Notes under the pieces: generated by a model
Databases searched by the model: none
The model's input: the letters and a program-made list of their open reading frames with translations, nothing else
Told to the model about the DNA's origin: nothing
Made by a program: the position numbers and the translations under genes
In this document: positions 18,088 to 27,270 of the stretch, piece by piece
Layout of the letters: each line of letters starts with the position of its first letter
Numbering within the stretch: position 1 is the first letter of the stretch
Assembly: GCA_963666215.2 (NCBI GenBank)
Contig: CAXWPL010000002.1
Location: 448,001-512,000 of the forward strand
Direction of reading: 5' to 3'
DNA length: 64,000 nucleotides
Origin: Acidobacteriota bacterium
GTDB taxonomy: Bacteria > Acidobacteriota > UBA890 > WLXD01

Positions 18088-19652
18088 TGCGCGATCCCCA
18101 CCGCTCGGGTCTCGCGGATGACGGTAACTTTGATCTCTCCGGGATACTGGACTTCACGCTGAATACGGTGCGCGATGTCGCGCGACAGCCACACCGACTC
18201 GTCGTCACTCACCTTGGCCGACTCCACGATGATGCGCAGCTCGCGGCCTGCCTGAATGGCGTATGCCTTGGCGACGCCGCGGAAGGAGTCGGCGATCTCC
18301 TCGAGCTTGTGCAGTCGTTTGACGTACGTCTCGAGCATGTCGCGTCGAGCACCCGGGCGCGCCGCCGAAAGTCCGTCCGCCGCCTGCACCAGCACGGCCT
18401 CGACGGTTGCCGGCTCAACGTCGAAGTGATGCGCCTCCATCGCTTGGATGACTTCCTTGCACTCACCGTGCTTGCGCAGCAGATTGATGCCGATCGTCAG
18501 GTGGGTGCCTTCGACCTCCTGGTCGATTGCCTTTCCGATGTCGTGCAGCAACCCGCCGCGTCGCGCCACATGCTCGTCGAGGCCGAGCTCGGCCGCCATG
18601 ATGCCGGCGATGGTCGCCACTTCAACGGAGTGACGGAGGACGTTCTGACCGTACGAGGTGCGGAACTTCAGCCTGCCGAGTAGCCGGGTGAGCTCTGGCG
18701 CAAGGTCGTGGATGGCGCACTCGGCGGCCGCGGCCACGCCTTCGGCGAGGATCTGTTCCTCCATCTCCTCGCGGACCCTATCGATCACCTCCTCGATGCG
18801 TGCCGGATGAATCCGGCCGTCGGCGACCAGTCGTTCGAGGCCGAGCTTGGCGACCTCACGGCGATAGGGGTCGAAGCTCGAGATCAGAACGGCCTCGGGA
18901 GTGTCGTCGACGATCAGGTTGACGCCGGTCATCATCTCGAAGGCGCGGATGTTGCGTCCCTCGCGGCCGATGACGCGCCCCTTCATGTCGTCGGAGGGGA
19001 GCTGGGCGACGCTGACCGTGGTTTCGGCCACGTAGTTGCTGGCGCACCGCTGAATGGCCATCGAGATGATCCGCTGCGCCTCGCGGTTTGCTTTCTGCCG
19101 CGCGCGCTCCTCGATCTCGTGCGCGAGCCGTACGGCCTCCTCTTTGGCGTCCCGGGTCATCTCGCGCACCAGATCTGCCTTGGCATCGTCGCGGTTCAGT
19201 CGCGCGGCACGCTCCATTCGACCGATCGCCTCGTCACGGTGCAGAGCCGCCTCTTGCTTGAGCAGGTTCGCGTCGCGCTCGATCTCCGAGATGCGATCGG
19301 TATGCCGTTTGAGCTTGCGCTCACGCTCCTCGAGCTTGTTGGCGCGTGCCTCGAGCCTTTCCTGGCGCTCGTGGATGCGGCGCTCGGCCTCGGCCATCTC
19401 GCGCCGCCGCTCCCGGCTTTCCTGTTCGAACTCCTGCTGCTGTGCAACCAGCTCCTCACGTCCCTCGACGCGTGCCTCTTTGAGGACTGTTTCGGCTCCG
19501 CGGCGGGCCTCTTCCAGCACCTGATCGGCGTCGCGCCGCGCGCTTTCGACGAGTGTCGCGCCGACGCGGTTGCGTGTAAGTAGCCAGGCGATGAAAAAGA
19601 GGAAACCGACGGCGGCCGCCGCTCCGGCGCTGAGCCAGACGGTGCTGGGCAT
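18084..19652 (-). CDS. rny: ribonuclease Y
   Basis: N-terminal TM, coiled coil, KH ([14 protein letters not shown]), HD (LLHDIGK), SAARPGAR; GAGGGGG SD upstream of ATG 19652. Confidence 0.96.
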   Translation of the reverse strand: MPSTVWLSAGAAAAVGFLFFIAWLLTRNRVGATLVESARRDADQVLEEARRGAETVLKEARVEGREELVAQQQEFEQESRERRREMAEAERRIHERQERLEARANKLEERERKLKRHTDRISEIERDANLLKQEAALHRDEAIGRMERAARLNRDDAKADLVREMTRDAKEEAVRLAHEIEERARQKANREAQRIISMAIQRCASNYVAETTVSVAQLPSDDMKGRVIGREGRNIRAFEMMTGVNLIVDDTPEAVLISSFDPYRREVAKLGLERLVADGRIHPARIEEVIDRVREEMEEQILAEGVAAAAECAIHDLAPELTRLLGRLKFRTSYGQNVLRHSVEVATIAGIMAAELGLDEHVARRGGLLHDIGKAIDQEVEGTHLTIGINLLRKHGECKEVIQAMEAHHFDVEPATVEAVLVQAADGLSAARPGARRDMLETYVKRLHKLEEIADSFRGVAKAYAIQAGRELRIIVESAKVSDDESVWLSRDIAHRIQREVQYPGEIKVTVIRETRAVGIAH

Positions 19653-19744
19653 GTCCATCCCCCTCGAGAGCTGCGCAGGGAGGGAGAGCGCGGGCATGGA
19701 GCGATGACGCGCACGAAAGGTCGTGCGAGTCGGATGATCAGAAC

Positions 19745-19905
19745 GCGAATGGACGAGTGGACGCGCTGGACGCTGGGAAGGGTATCGAGGCTCTAGAGAC
19801 GTACTGGCGCTGTTAGACCCCGATCGAGGTGTGCGCACGAGCTCGGCCACCCAACGCTATGTGCGTCGATCTTGGTGGGGAGTCGGACGGGTCCGTGAAT
19901 GCTGT
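19745..19905. ncRNA. candidate 6S RNA / structured RNA between zapA and rny
   Basis: Position where ssrS commonly lies; rod-like pairing 19760-19777/19850-19867 and 19784-19796/19813-19824 around an internal bubble; ends and strand not resolved. Confidence 0.4.
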
Positions 19906-19917
19906 CGCTTCGATTCG

Positions 19918-20220
19918 TCATTCGAGTGCTTGATCTGTTTCGCTCACCGACTCGATTGCCTCGCCTAACCGCCGGCTCAGCGCTCGAGTCTGCTCCGCCA
20001 ACTCTTCCTCCCGCAGCGCTAGAGCTCTACGGGCTTTGTAGTAGTCGTCAGCGATATTCAACGCCGCGATGACAGCAACGTTCAAGGCATCGCCGGGCCC
20101 AGCCTGCTCGCTGACGGCGCCCATTCGGGCGTCGACATAGCGGGCCAAAGCCCGGATTGTCTTTTCGGATTGTTGACCGCCAATGTTATAGCGGCGACCG
20201 AAAATATCAACGGAGGTCAT
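19918..20220 (-). CDS. zapA: cell division protein ZapA
   Basis: MTSVDIFGRRYNI...LARYVDARM...AVIAALNIADD; downstream of pheT. Confidence 0.88.
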   Translation of the reverse strand: MTSVDIFGRRYNIGGQQSEKTIRALARYVDARMGAVSEQAGPGDALNVAVIAALNIADDYYKARRALALREEELAEQTRALSRRLGEAIESVSETDQALE

Positions 20221-20599
20221 CGGCGTCTCCAGGCTGCGGGGCCTCAGGGCCGTGCGGCGGTGCGGCCGCGGCTTGTGAATCGAGCGTATCCAGCGCCGTC
20301 GCCAGATGACCCAGGCGCTCGCGTACGGCTGTGCGTTCGCGCTCGAGGCTCTGGAGGCGATCGAGCAGCCGCTGATCCGAGGGGGCTGGATGATGTTGCA
20401 GTGAGCCGGCTCGTGACTCGGCGAGCTCATCTGCCAGTCTCGCCACACGCGCTCTCAGCTCCTCGCGCTGGCGGTGAAGCCGGTGGATCGTCTCGGCCGC
20501 CCTGTCGATGGACCACTGCAGCTCTTCTATCCCTGTGCGGAGCGAGCTTGGTCCGTCGGGCGCCGATGCCGACGTCTCCGATGTCTTCGAATCGGGCAT
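20207..20599 (-). CDS. coiled-coil protein (ZapB-like)
   Basis: Heptad-rich short ORF between pheT and zapA, a position where ZapB-like genes are common. Confidence 0.6.
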   Translation of the reverse strand: MPDSKTSETSASAPDGPSSLRTGIEELQWSIDRAAETIHRLHRQREELRARVARLADELAESRAGSLQHHPAPSDQRLLDRLQSLERERTAVRERLGHLATALDTLDSQAAAAPPHGPEAPQPGDADDLR

Positions 20600-20617
20600 G
20601 GGCCGTGATGCTACCGG

Positions 20618-22891
20618 CTAGCGCCGCTTGACGCCCAGTTGGGTCTCCAGCCGACGCCAAACCGCGTCGTGTGCCGCTTCGACCTCCTCGGAGGTCAGCG
20701 TGCGGTCGTCGGCTCGGTAGACCAACCGCAGCGTCAAGCTCCGGTGGCCGGCCGGCAAATCATCTCCGTGGTACACATCGAGCAGCGTCACCTCGGCGAG
20801 GGGGATTCCCTCGACGGCGGCGATCTGCGCTTTCACTGCTGCGAAATCGACGTCGGAGGGCACCTGTATCGACAGGTCGCGGTCGGCGGCGGGGAACCGC
20901 GGCAGGCGGCGGTAGCTCAGATCGGGCTCATCACGGGCCAGCAGCTCCTCGACGTCGACCTCGGCCACCCACACCTGCTGGTCACGGTTGCTGGCTCCGG
21001 CTCCCGTCTCCAAGCCGAAGGCGTGCGCGGCCTTGGCATGCAGCTGTCCGACGTAGCCGAACGTCTTCTCGACCCCGTCCGGCGACTCCGGCCCTTGCAG
21101 AGAAGACCGCCGCAGCGCCGCGCTCGTCCCCGGCTGCAGACCAATGAAATCCTTCTGTTGCCACGTCCACGCCGGCCAGCGCATGCGCTCGGTCAACGCA
21201 TCGAGCGCGCCGCGCAGCTCGACGTGCGCCGCCGGGCGCTCGTCGCGGCTCCAGTGACGGGGCTCCGCCGGGCCCGCTACAACCAGCGCCAGGTGGCGTC
21301 GTTCGACGATGCTCGGCCGCGGCGATACGGGGTCGTCAGCAGCGCCGGCATTCGCATCTCTGGCCCCGGGTATCTGGCTCTGACGAGTCCCGGGGCTCTT
21401 GCCGGTATCGCCCGATTCGTGACTCCCCGGCGCCTCCGCGCTGTCCGTTGACCGATTCTCGAAGCAGTGCCCGATCTCGAACAGCCGTACGCGCGAGGTG
21501 CCATGGTTACGATTGCGGGCCAGCGCCGTGAGCAGGCCTGGGAGCGCATGGACGCGCATCACCGACATGGCGTCGGAAAGCGGATTGCCGAGCGCGACGA
21601 TCGCCGACTCCGGGGCCATCAGCATCTGTTCGGCCGCCGAGGTGAAGGAAAAGGTCATCGCCTCCCAGAAGCCCAAGGCACCGCAGATCGACCGCACATG
21701 GCGCTCGGCACGAAGCGCGCGGGTGCTCCGCTGTTCGGGCAGCGCGCGGATAGTCGGCAGTGTGCTCGGCAAGCGATCGTAGCCGTGGAAGCGGGCGATC
21801 TCCTCGATCAGGTCGACCTCTAGAGTCACGTCGGCGCGGTCGAATGGCACCTCTACGTCGAAGCTCGCGCCGGTATCGGTCGGCCCCACTCCGTCGGCCT
21901 CCTCTGGTGTTCCAATCGCAAAGCCGAGTCGCGACAAGGTGTTGCGCACAGCGTCGCCGTCGACCGAAACGCCCAGCAGCCCACGCAACCGACTGCGGCG
22001 CAAGGTGATATGCCGCGCCGGTGGAGTTTCGCCAACCGCGTCGATGTTTCCGCAGGCAATAAGGCCGCCGCCAAGCTCGGCGATCAGCGCCGCGGCGCGG
22101 TCGATTGCCGGCACCATGCCGGTATGTGACAGACCACGCTCGAAACGATGGCTCGCGTCGGTGTGTAATCCATGGCGCTTCGACATCCGCCTCACGACGA
22201 CGCGATCGAAGCTCGCCCCCTCCAGGAGCACGCGTGTGGCCCCCTCGCGCACACCCGTTCCCAGGCCGCCCATGACGCCCGCGAGCCCGACGGGCTTGGT
22301 TGCGTCGGCGATGACAAGGTCTTCTATGGTGAGGCTGCGGTCGACCTCGTCGAGAGTGACCAGCCGCTCACCGGTGTTCGCCCGCCGCACGACGAGCTTG
22401 CTGCCCACGAGCTTGTCGTAGTCGTAGGCGTGCAGCGGTCGACCCATTTCCCAGAGGACGAAGTTGGTGATGTCGACAACGTTGTTGATCGGGCGCATGC
22501 CCAGCCCCTCGAGGCGCCGGGCGAGCCAATCGGGGGAGGGTCCAACCTCGACGCCGGTGATCAGGCGCGCGACGAAGCGGTTGCATGCATGAGGGTCGGC
22601 AATCTCGATCCGGCAAGAGTCGGTGACGGAGGGTCCCGTTTCTTTCTCGTCGATGCTCGCTCCGGGCTGACGCCACTCGGCATCGAGTGCCACCGCCAGC
22701 TCGCGAGCCACCCCCGCGTGACTCATCACGTCGGGACGATTGCTCGCAATGTCCAGGTCGAGAATCAGATCGTCGCCTTGCACGCGTCGGTCGTCGACCA
22801 CCAGTCCGAGCATCGACAACTTGTCGACAAGACGGCTCTGGCTGGCGGGCAGATCGACGTATTCGGCAATCCAGTTACGTGAGAAGCGCAT
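20618..22891 (-). CDS. pheT: phenylalanine--tRNA ligase beta subunit
   Basis: NRPD, INNVVDITN, GLAGVMGG, RFERG, DLIEEIAR, RLFEIG, FDX-ACB (RDLS, LLDVY, RTLT). Confidence 0.96.
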   Translation of the reverse strand: MRFSRNWIAEYVDLPASQSRLVDKLSMLGLVVDDRRVQGDDLILDLDIASNRPDVMSHAGVARELAVALDAEWRQPGASIDEKETGPSVTDSCRIEIADPHACNRFVARLITGVEVGPSPDWLARRLEGLGMRPINNVVDITNFVLWEMGRPLHAYDYDKLVGSKLVVRRANTGERLVTLDEVDRSLTIEDLVIADATKPVGLAGVMGGLGTGVREGATRVLLEGASFDRVVVRRMSKRHGLHTDASHRFERGLSHTGMVPAIDRAAALIAELGGGLIACGNIDAVGETPPARHITLRRSRLRGLLGVSVDGDAVRNTLSRLGFAIGTPEEADGVGPTDTGASFDVEVPFDRADVTLEVDLIEEIARFHGYDRLPSTLPTIRALPEQRSTRALRAERHVRSICGALGFWEAMTFSFTSAAEQMLMAPESAIVALGNPLSDAMSVMRVHALPGLLTALARNRNHGTSRVRLFEIGHCFENRSTDSAEAPGSHESGDTGKSPGTRQSQIPGARDANAGAADDPVSPRPSIVERRHLALVVAGPAEPRHWSRDERPAAHVELRGALDALTERMRWPAWTWQQKDFIGLQPGTSAALRRSSLQGPESPDGVEKTFGYVGQLHAKAAHAFGLETGAGASNRDQQVWVAEVDVEELLARDEPDLSYRRLPRFPAADRDLSIQVPSDVDFAAVKAQIAAVEGIPLAEVTLLDVYHGDDLPAGHRSLTLRLVYRADDRTLTSEEVEAAHDAVWRRLETQLGVKRR

Positions 22892-22958
22892 GGTTGATGT
22901 GCGTGCAGTTGGCGGCGAGCCCCTCAGTAGGGGCAGGGATCAAAGGGGTCGGCAGGGA

Positions 22959-24008
22959 TCAGGTGGCGAACTGCTTCAGGAAGCGCAAGTCGTTGTCGTA
23001 CAGCAGGCGGATGTCGTCGATGCCGTGGCGCACGGCGGCAATGCGGTCGATACCCATGCCGAAAGCGAATCCTTGCCATCGATCGGGGTCGTAGCCCACG
23101 TTTTCGAACAGCGCCGGGTGCACCATGCCGCAGCCGAGAAGCTCCACCCAACCCGAGCCTCGACAAACGCGGCAACCCTCGCCTTTGCACGCAGGGCAGG
23201 TGGCGTCGACCTCTGCGGAAGGCTCGGTGAAGGGGAAATAGCCTGGCCGGAAGCGGGTGTCGGTGGCGGGGCCGAAGAGGCGCTTGGCGAAGTGGTCGAG
23301 GGTGCCTTTGAGGTCGGCGAGCGTGATGTCGACATCGACCACGAGGCCCTCACACTGAACGAACATCGGGCTGTGTGTAGCGTCTGGCGTATCACGTCGG
23401 AACACCCTGCCCGGTACCAGGATCGCCAGCGGCGGCTCACGCTGTTCCATCGTGCGGATCTGCACCGGCGAGGTGTGGGTTCGCAGCAGCAGGTCGCCAT
23501 ACGAGCGGTGGAGCCTCAAGGTGTCCTGGTCGTCGCGAGCCGGGTGATCAGCGGGGAAGTTCAGCGCTTCGAAGTTGTACCAATCGGTTTCCACCTCGGG
23601 GCCGTCGACGATCTCGTAGCCGAGCGCAACAAAAACGTCTTCGATCTCCGCCAGTGTTTGACTGATCGGGTGCTGACCGCCCAGTGGATCGGGGAGTCCC
23701 GGAAGCGTGACGTCGATGCCCTCGACACGCGAGTCCGACGAGGCTTGCGTAAGCGACTCCCGCAGCTCGTCGATTCGCGCGCCGAGCCGCTGCCGGGCCA
23801 GGTTCGCGGCGTTGCCGACGGCCTTGCGTGCCTCCGGCTCGAGCTCACGAAGCCCCTGGAAGATCGCCGTGAGCTCGCCGCGCTTGCGTCCGAGGTAGCG
23901 CGCGTGTAGCTCGTCGATCGCGGCCGCATTGGATATCGCGGCCGCGTCGGACTCGAAGCGTTCGAGCAGCTGCTCGATAGCGGATGTGGGCGAGGAGGGC
24001 GGTTGCAA
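22959..24008 (-). CDS. pheS: phenylalanine--tRNA ligase alpha subunit
   Basis: HPARDDQDT, LRTHTSPVQIR, FPFTEPSAE, GFAFGMGIDR. Confidence 0.97.
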   Translation of the reverse strand: MQPPSSPTSAIEQLLERFESDAAAISNAAAIDELHARYLGRKRGELTAIFQGLRELEPEARKAVGNAANLARQRLGARIDELRESLTQASSDSRVEGIDVTLPGLPDPLGGQHPISQTLAEIEDVFVALGYEIVDGPEVETDWYNFEALNFPADHPARDDQDTLRLHRSYGDLLLRTHTSPVQIRTMEQREPPLAILVPGRVFRRDTPDATHSPMFVQCEGLVVDVDITLADLKGTLDHFAKRLFGPATDTRFRPGYFPFTEPSAEVDATCPACKGEGCRVCRGSGWVELLGCGMVHPALFENVGYDPDRWQGFAFGMGIDRIAAVRHGIDDIRLLYDNDLRFLKQFAT

Positions 24009-24051
24009 AGGTGCGACCCGTCGAGTTGGTCGAGTTGGGGCCGTACGACTA

Positions 24052-24408
24052 CTAGGCCAGAGCGCTCTTTGCTGCTGCAGCCAGCTGCTCGAAGGCGCGT
24101 GGATCTTCGATCGCCAGCTCCGCGAGCACCTTGCGGTCGAGTCCCACGCCGGCGCGGGTCAAGCCATGGATGAACTGGCTGTAAGAGATCCCGTTGGTTC
24201 GGCAAGCAGCATTGATGCGCGTGATCCACAGGCGGCGGAAGTCGCGCTTCTTGCGCTTGCGACCGTGAAACGCGTGCTGCAAGGCTCGGTCGACGGCTTC
24301 GCGTGCCTCGCCGTAAAGGCGGCTCTTGGCGCCGTAGTAGCCCTTTGCCTGCTTGAGGATGTTGCGGCGGCGCTTGGTATGTACGTTGCCTCGCTTGACG
24401 CGGGCCAT
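24052..24408 (-). CDS. rplT: 50S ribosomal protein L20
   Basis: MARVKRG...KRDFRRLWITRINAA. Confidence 0.98.
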   Translation of the reverse strand: MARVKRGNVHTKRRRNILKQAKGYYGAKSRLYGEAREAVDRALQHAFHGRKRKKRDFRRLWITRINAACRTNGISYSQFIHGLTRAGVGLDRKVLAELAIEDPRAFEQLAAAAKSALA

Positions 24409-24450
24409 GGCGAAACCTCCGGGAGCCGCCTGAGGGCGTCTCCGTTTTCT

Positions 24451-24648
24451 CTATTTATACGGCAGCAGGGCTTCGATCCGCTTGGTGTCTGCAGCCGAGA
24501 GCAGCGTCCCCTGGCGCAGGTGGCGCTTTCTCTTCGTGCTCTTGTGCGACATGAGGTGGCCAGCGTACGCCTTGCGTCGCGCGAGCTTGCCAGTGCCTGT
24601 GCGCTTGAAACGCTTGGCGGCGCCGCGGTGGGTTTTCATTTTCGGCAT
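24451..24648 (-). CDS. rpmI: 50S ribosomal protein L35
   Basis: [18 protein letters not shown]...LLPY. Confidence 0.98.
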   Translation of the reverse strand: MPKMKTHRGAAKRFKRTGTGKLARRKAYAGHLMSHKSTKRKRHLRQGTLLSAADTKRIEALLPYK

Positions 24649-24707
24649 GTCGTTCTCCGACTGCACTTCGGCTGGTCGTCCCAGCCCTCAGTGAGTGGCT
24701 GTCTTCA

Positions 24708-25214
24708 TCAATCGCGTTTGGGCGTCAAGACCATGTACATCTGGCGCCCTTCCATCGACGGCCGTTTGTCCATCCGGAAGTCCTCGCCCAGGTCGCTGAG
24801 GACGCGATCCAGGATGGCGCGCCCGAGCTCGGGATGAACCACCTCGCGGCCACGGAACATGATCGTTGCCTTGACCATGTGACCCTCGCCCAGAAATCGG
24901 CGGATGTGGTTCAGCTTGAAGCTGTAGTCGTGCTCGTCGATCTTGGGCCGAAACTTTACTTCCTTGAGCTGCGGTTGGTGTGCCTTCTGTTTCTTGTCCT
25001 TCGCTTGGCGATACACGTGTTTGCCGTAGTCCATCAAACGGCAAACTGGCGGCTCCGCCATGGGCGCAACTTCCACCAGGTCGAGCCCGGCGGTGTGCGC
25101 CATTGCGATCGCGGCCTCAGTGTCTACTACCCCTGCCTGTTCACCCTCTGCGTCGATAAGCCGCACCTGCGGGACTCGAATGCCTTCGTTGGTGCGGTGT
25201 CGTTTTTCGTGAAT
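24708..25214 (-). CDS. infC: translation initiation factor IF-3 (AUU start)
   Basis: RTNEGIRVPQVRLI, LDLVEVAP, PPVCRLMDYGK, FRGRE; ATT at 25214 preceded by AAGGAA with an in-frame TAA seven codons upstream. Confidence 0.95.
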   Translation of the reverse strand: MHEKRHRTNEGIRVPQVRLIDAEGEQAGVVDTEAAIAMAHTAGLDLVEVAPMAEPPVCRLMDYGKHVYRQAKDKKQKAHQPQLKEVKFRPKIDEHDYSFKLNHIRRFLGEGHMVKATIMFRGREVVHPELGRAILDRVLSDLGEDFRMDKRPSMEGRQMYMVLTPKRD

Positions 25215-25306
25215 GGTCGCGTTCCTTGCTCGTTACGTCGATACGGTGGGAGATCGCCGAGTCGCTGCCCACCAAGAGCGGCGACCCAGGCGAGAACATG
25301 AGGGAG

Positions 25307-25379
25307 TAGGCGCGGCCGGGCTCGAACCGACGACCTCTACCGTGTCAGGGTAGCGCTCTACCAGCTGAGCTACGCGCCT
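25307..25379 (-). tRNA. tRNA-Val(GAC)
   Basis: Full cloverleaf: AGGCGCG/CGCGCCT acceptor, CTACC-CTGACAC-GGTAG anticodon arm, TTCGA T-loop; CCA not encoded. Confidence 0.95.
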
Positions 25380-25464
25380 CCGTTCTATACAGCCGCACGC
25401 GGGAGCAGCGCAGCGCTTGGTGGACCCCGAACTATAGCAGTGGCGCGAAAAACCGGTCAACGCG

Positions 25465-26225
25465 TCATTCCCCACGCTTCACCCGTCGGGGCAGCACGAC
25501 GAAGCCCACGACGACCATCATCAGAAGGTCGCCCGGCAGCTGCGCAAGGTAGCCGTGGAAGAGCAGGTCGGCGGGCACTCGAGCGACGGCGGTCACGTCG
25601 CTGGCGCCGCCCATCGCCGGCGCCAGCGCCAGCAAGCCGAGCCCGGCCACGTAGCGGGGCAAGAGACAGGCCGAATAGGTCAGCACAACGCCTGGTGCCC
25701 GGAGCAGACGCAGCGAGTAGTAGAAGGCGATAGCCACCGCCATCGCGCCTGCGGCTCCGTAGTAGAGCTTCAGCTACGGGTTCCACGCCGGTCCGGCCCA
25801 GCCTCGATAGGCGATCACGGCGGTGGCCGCCAACGCCAGCAGGATCACGGTGCGGACACGCCAGCGCTGTCGAACGGCCGGGCCGCCGCCGTTGCGCCCA
25901 GAATCGAGAGAGGTCACCAGCGTACCGTCGGGCCAGCGTCCGAGCGCTCCCGCCAGCGCGGCCACGCCGACGCCACCCCACGCGTAACCCTGCTCGAACA
26001 CCGTACCCACCACATCACATCGGCCAGAGGCCGCCAGGTCGCCGCGGCGGTGAGGAGGAGAGCCGCACATGCGATTGAGCGTGCGCCGCGGACGCTGCCC
26101 AAGGTGAGTCCCGCGAGCACAGCGATTCCCGCAGCTGCCGAGAAGCTACCGAGCACGTAGTCGACTCGCAGCCCCGCTCCGAGGACAGCGATCGCGACCC
26201 AGAACCACTCCGGGAGGCGCAGCAA
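25465..26225 (-). pseudogene. disrupted hypothetical multi-pass membrane protein
   Basis: Three consecutive hydrophobic ORF pieces; a GATGT tandem duplication near 26015 shifts frame, and an in-frame TAG at 25774-25776 separates the last two pieces. Confidence 0.55.
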
Positions 26226-26309
26226 CTCGGCGCGGAGAGGGGCTCGCTGCCCAGGTGTGTGGGCGGCGCGATCGGCGACAGTCGATAGAGACTCGTCGGG
26301 CAGCGAACG

Positions 26310-27170
26310 CTACCCGAGCGCCGGCGCCACGCGCGGCCTGTAGTCGCGCGAGCCGGCGATCGCGATGTTGCCGCCGGCAACACGTGCCGCGTCTGTTCGT
26401 CGATGGGCGCCGAAGTAGCCAATCCGCACGTCAGCGCGCGCCAGCACCTCGGCGGCAAGGCTGCGGAATTCCATCGCGCTGCGATTGTTCGTGGGCAGCT
26501 CGATCACCGGCGCCCCGGAATCGACCGACTCCGAAACACTGACGCTCTCGTGGATAACCGTGCCCATGACCAGAGGCCCGTAGGTTTGACGGAGCTCGGT
26601 GAGCACCCGCTGCGAGATTCGGGTGCGAGCGTCGAAGTGGTTGACGATGATTCCGGTGAGGTCGAGAGCCGGGTTGCCGCGTTCGCGAAGGTCGGCGATG
26701 TGCGAGAGCAAGCGGGTGATCGAGGTGGATGCGAGCCCCTTCGCCTGCACCGGCGCGAGAATCTCGTCGGCCGCCGTGAGCGCGTTGAGCAGCACAACGC
26801 CGATGCCGGCCGGACAATCGAGCAACGTGTAGTCGCAGGTCTCGGGTAGCCGGGCCAGGAGCACACGCTCCCCGGCAAGATTCCGCCGATTGATCTCGTC
26901 GAGCATCGGCGACGACGGCACAATCCAGATTCCGTCGCGCGATGTGCGCACCGCGGCGGTGTCAACGGTGGCTTGGCCGCGCAGAACGTCGCTCAGACTG
27001 GCGCGTCCGGGGGTGTTTTCGACGCCGAAGCAGCGCGTCAAGTTGCCCTGCGGATCGCAGTCGATCAACAGGACGCTCTTGCCGCGCTCCGCGAGGCTCG
27101 CGGCGAGGTTGAACGTGGTGGTCGTCTTACCGACGCCACCCTTCAAATTGCAAATAGCTATGGTTCGCAT
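26310..27170 (-). CDS. ParA/Soj-family ATPase (orphan)
   Basis: NLKGGVGKTTT deviant Walker A, IDCDPQGNLT, LLDCP. Confidence 0.9.
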   Translation of the reverse strand: MRTIAICNLKGGVGKTTTTFNLAASLAERGKSVLLIDCDPQGNLTRCFGVENTPGRASLSDVLRGQATVDTAAVRTSRDGIWIVPSSPMLDEINRRNLAGERVLLARLPETCDYTLLDCPAGIGVVLLNALTAADEILAPVQAKGLASTSITRLLSHIADLRERGNPALDLTGIIVNHFDARTRISQRVLTELRQTYGPLVMGTVIHESVSVSESVDSGAPVIELPTNNRSAMEFRSLAAEVLARADVRIGYFGAHRRTDAARVAGGNIAIAGSRDYRPRVAPALG

Positions 27171-27270
27171 CGATCCCCAGAGGAGGGCGTGCCGGTGAAC
27201 GATGAACGCCGCATGCTATTGCGGGCCGTGCGACCACGTCAAGGGGGCAAGAGAAGGCCGGACTCGCCCG

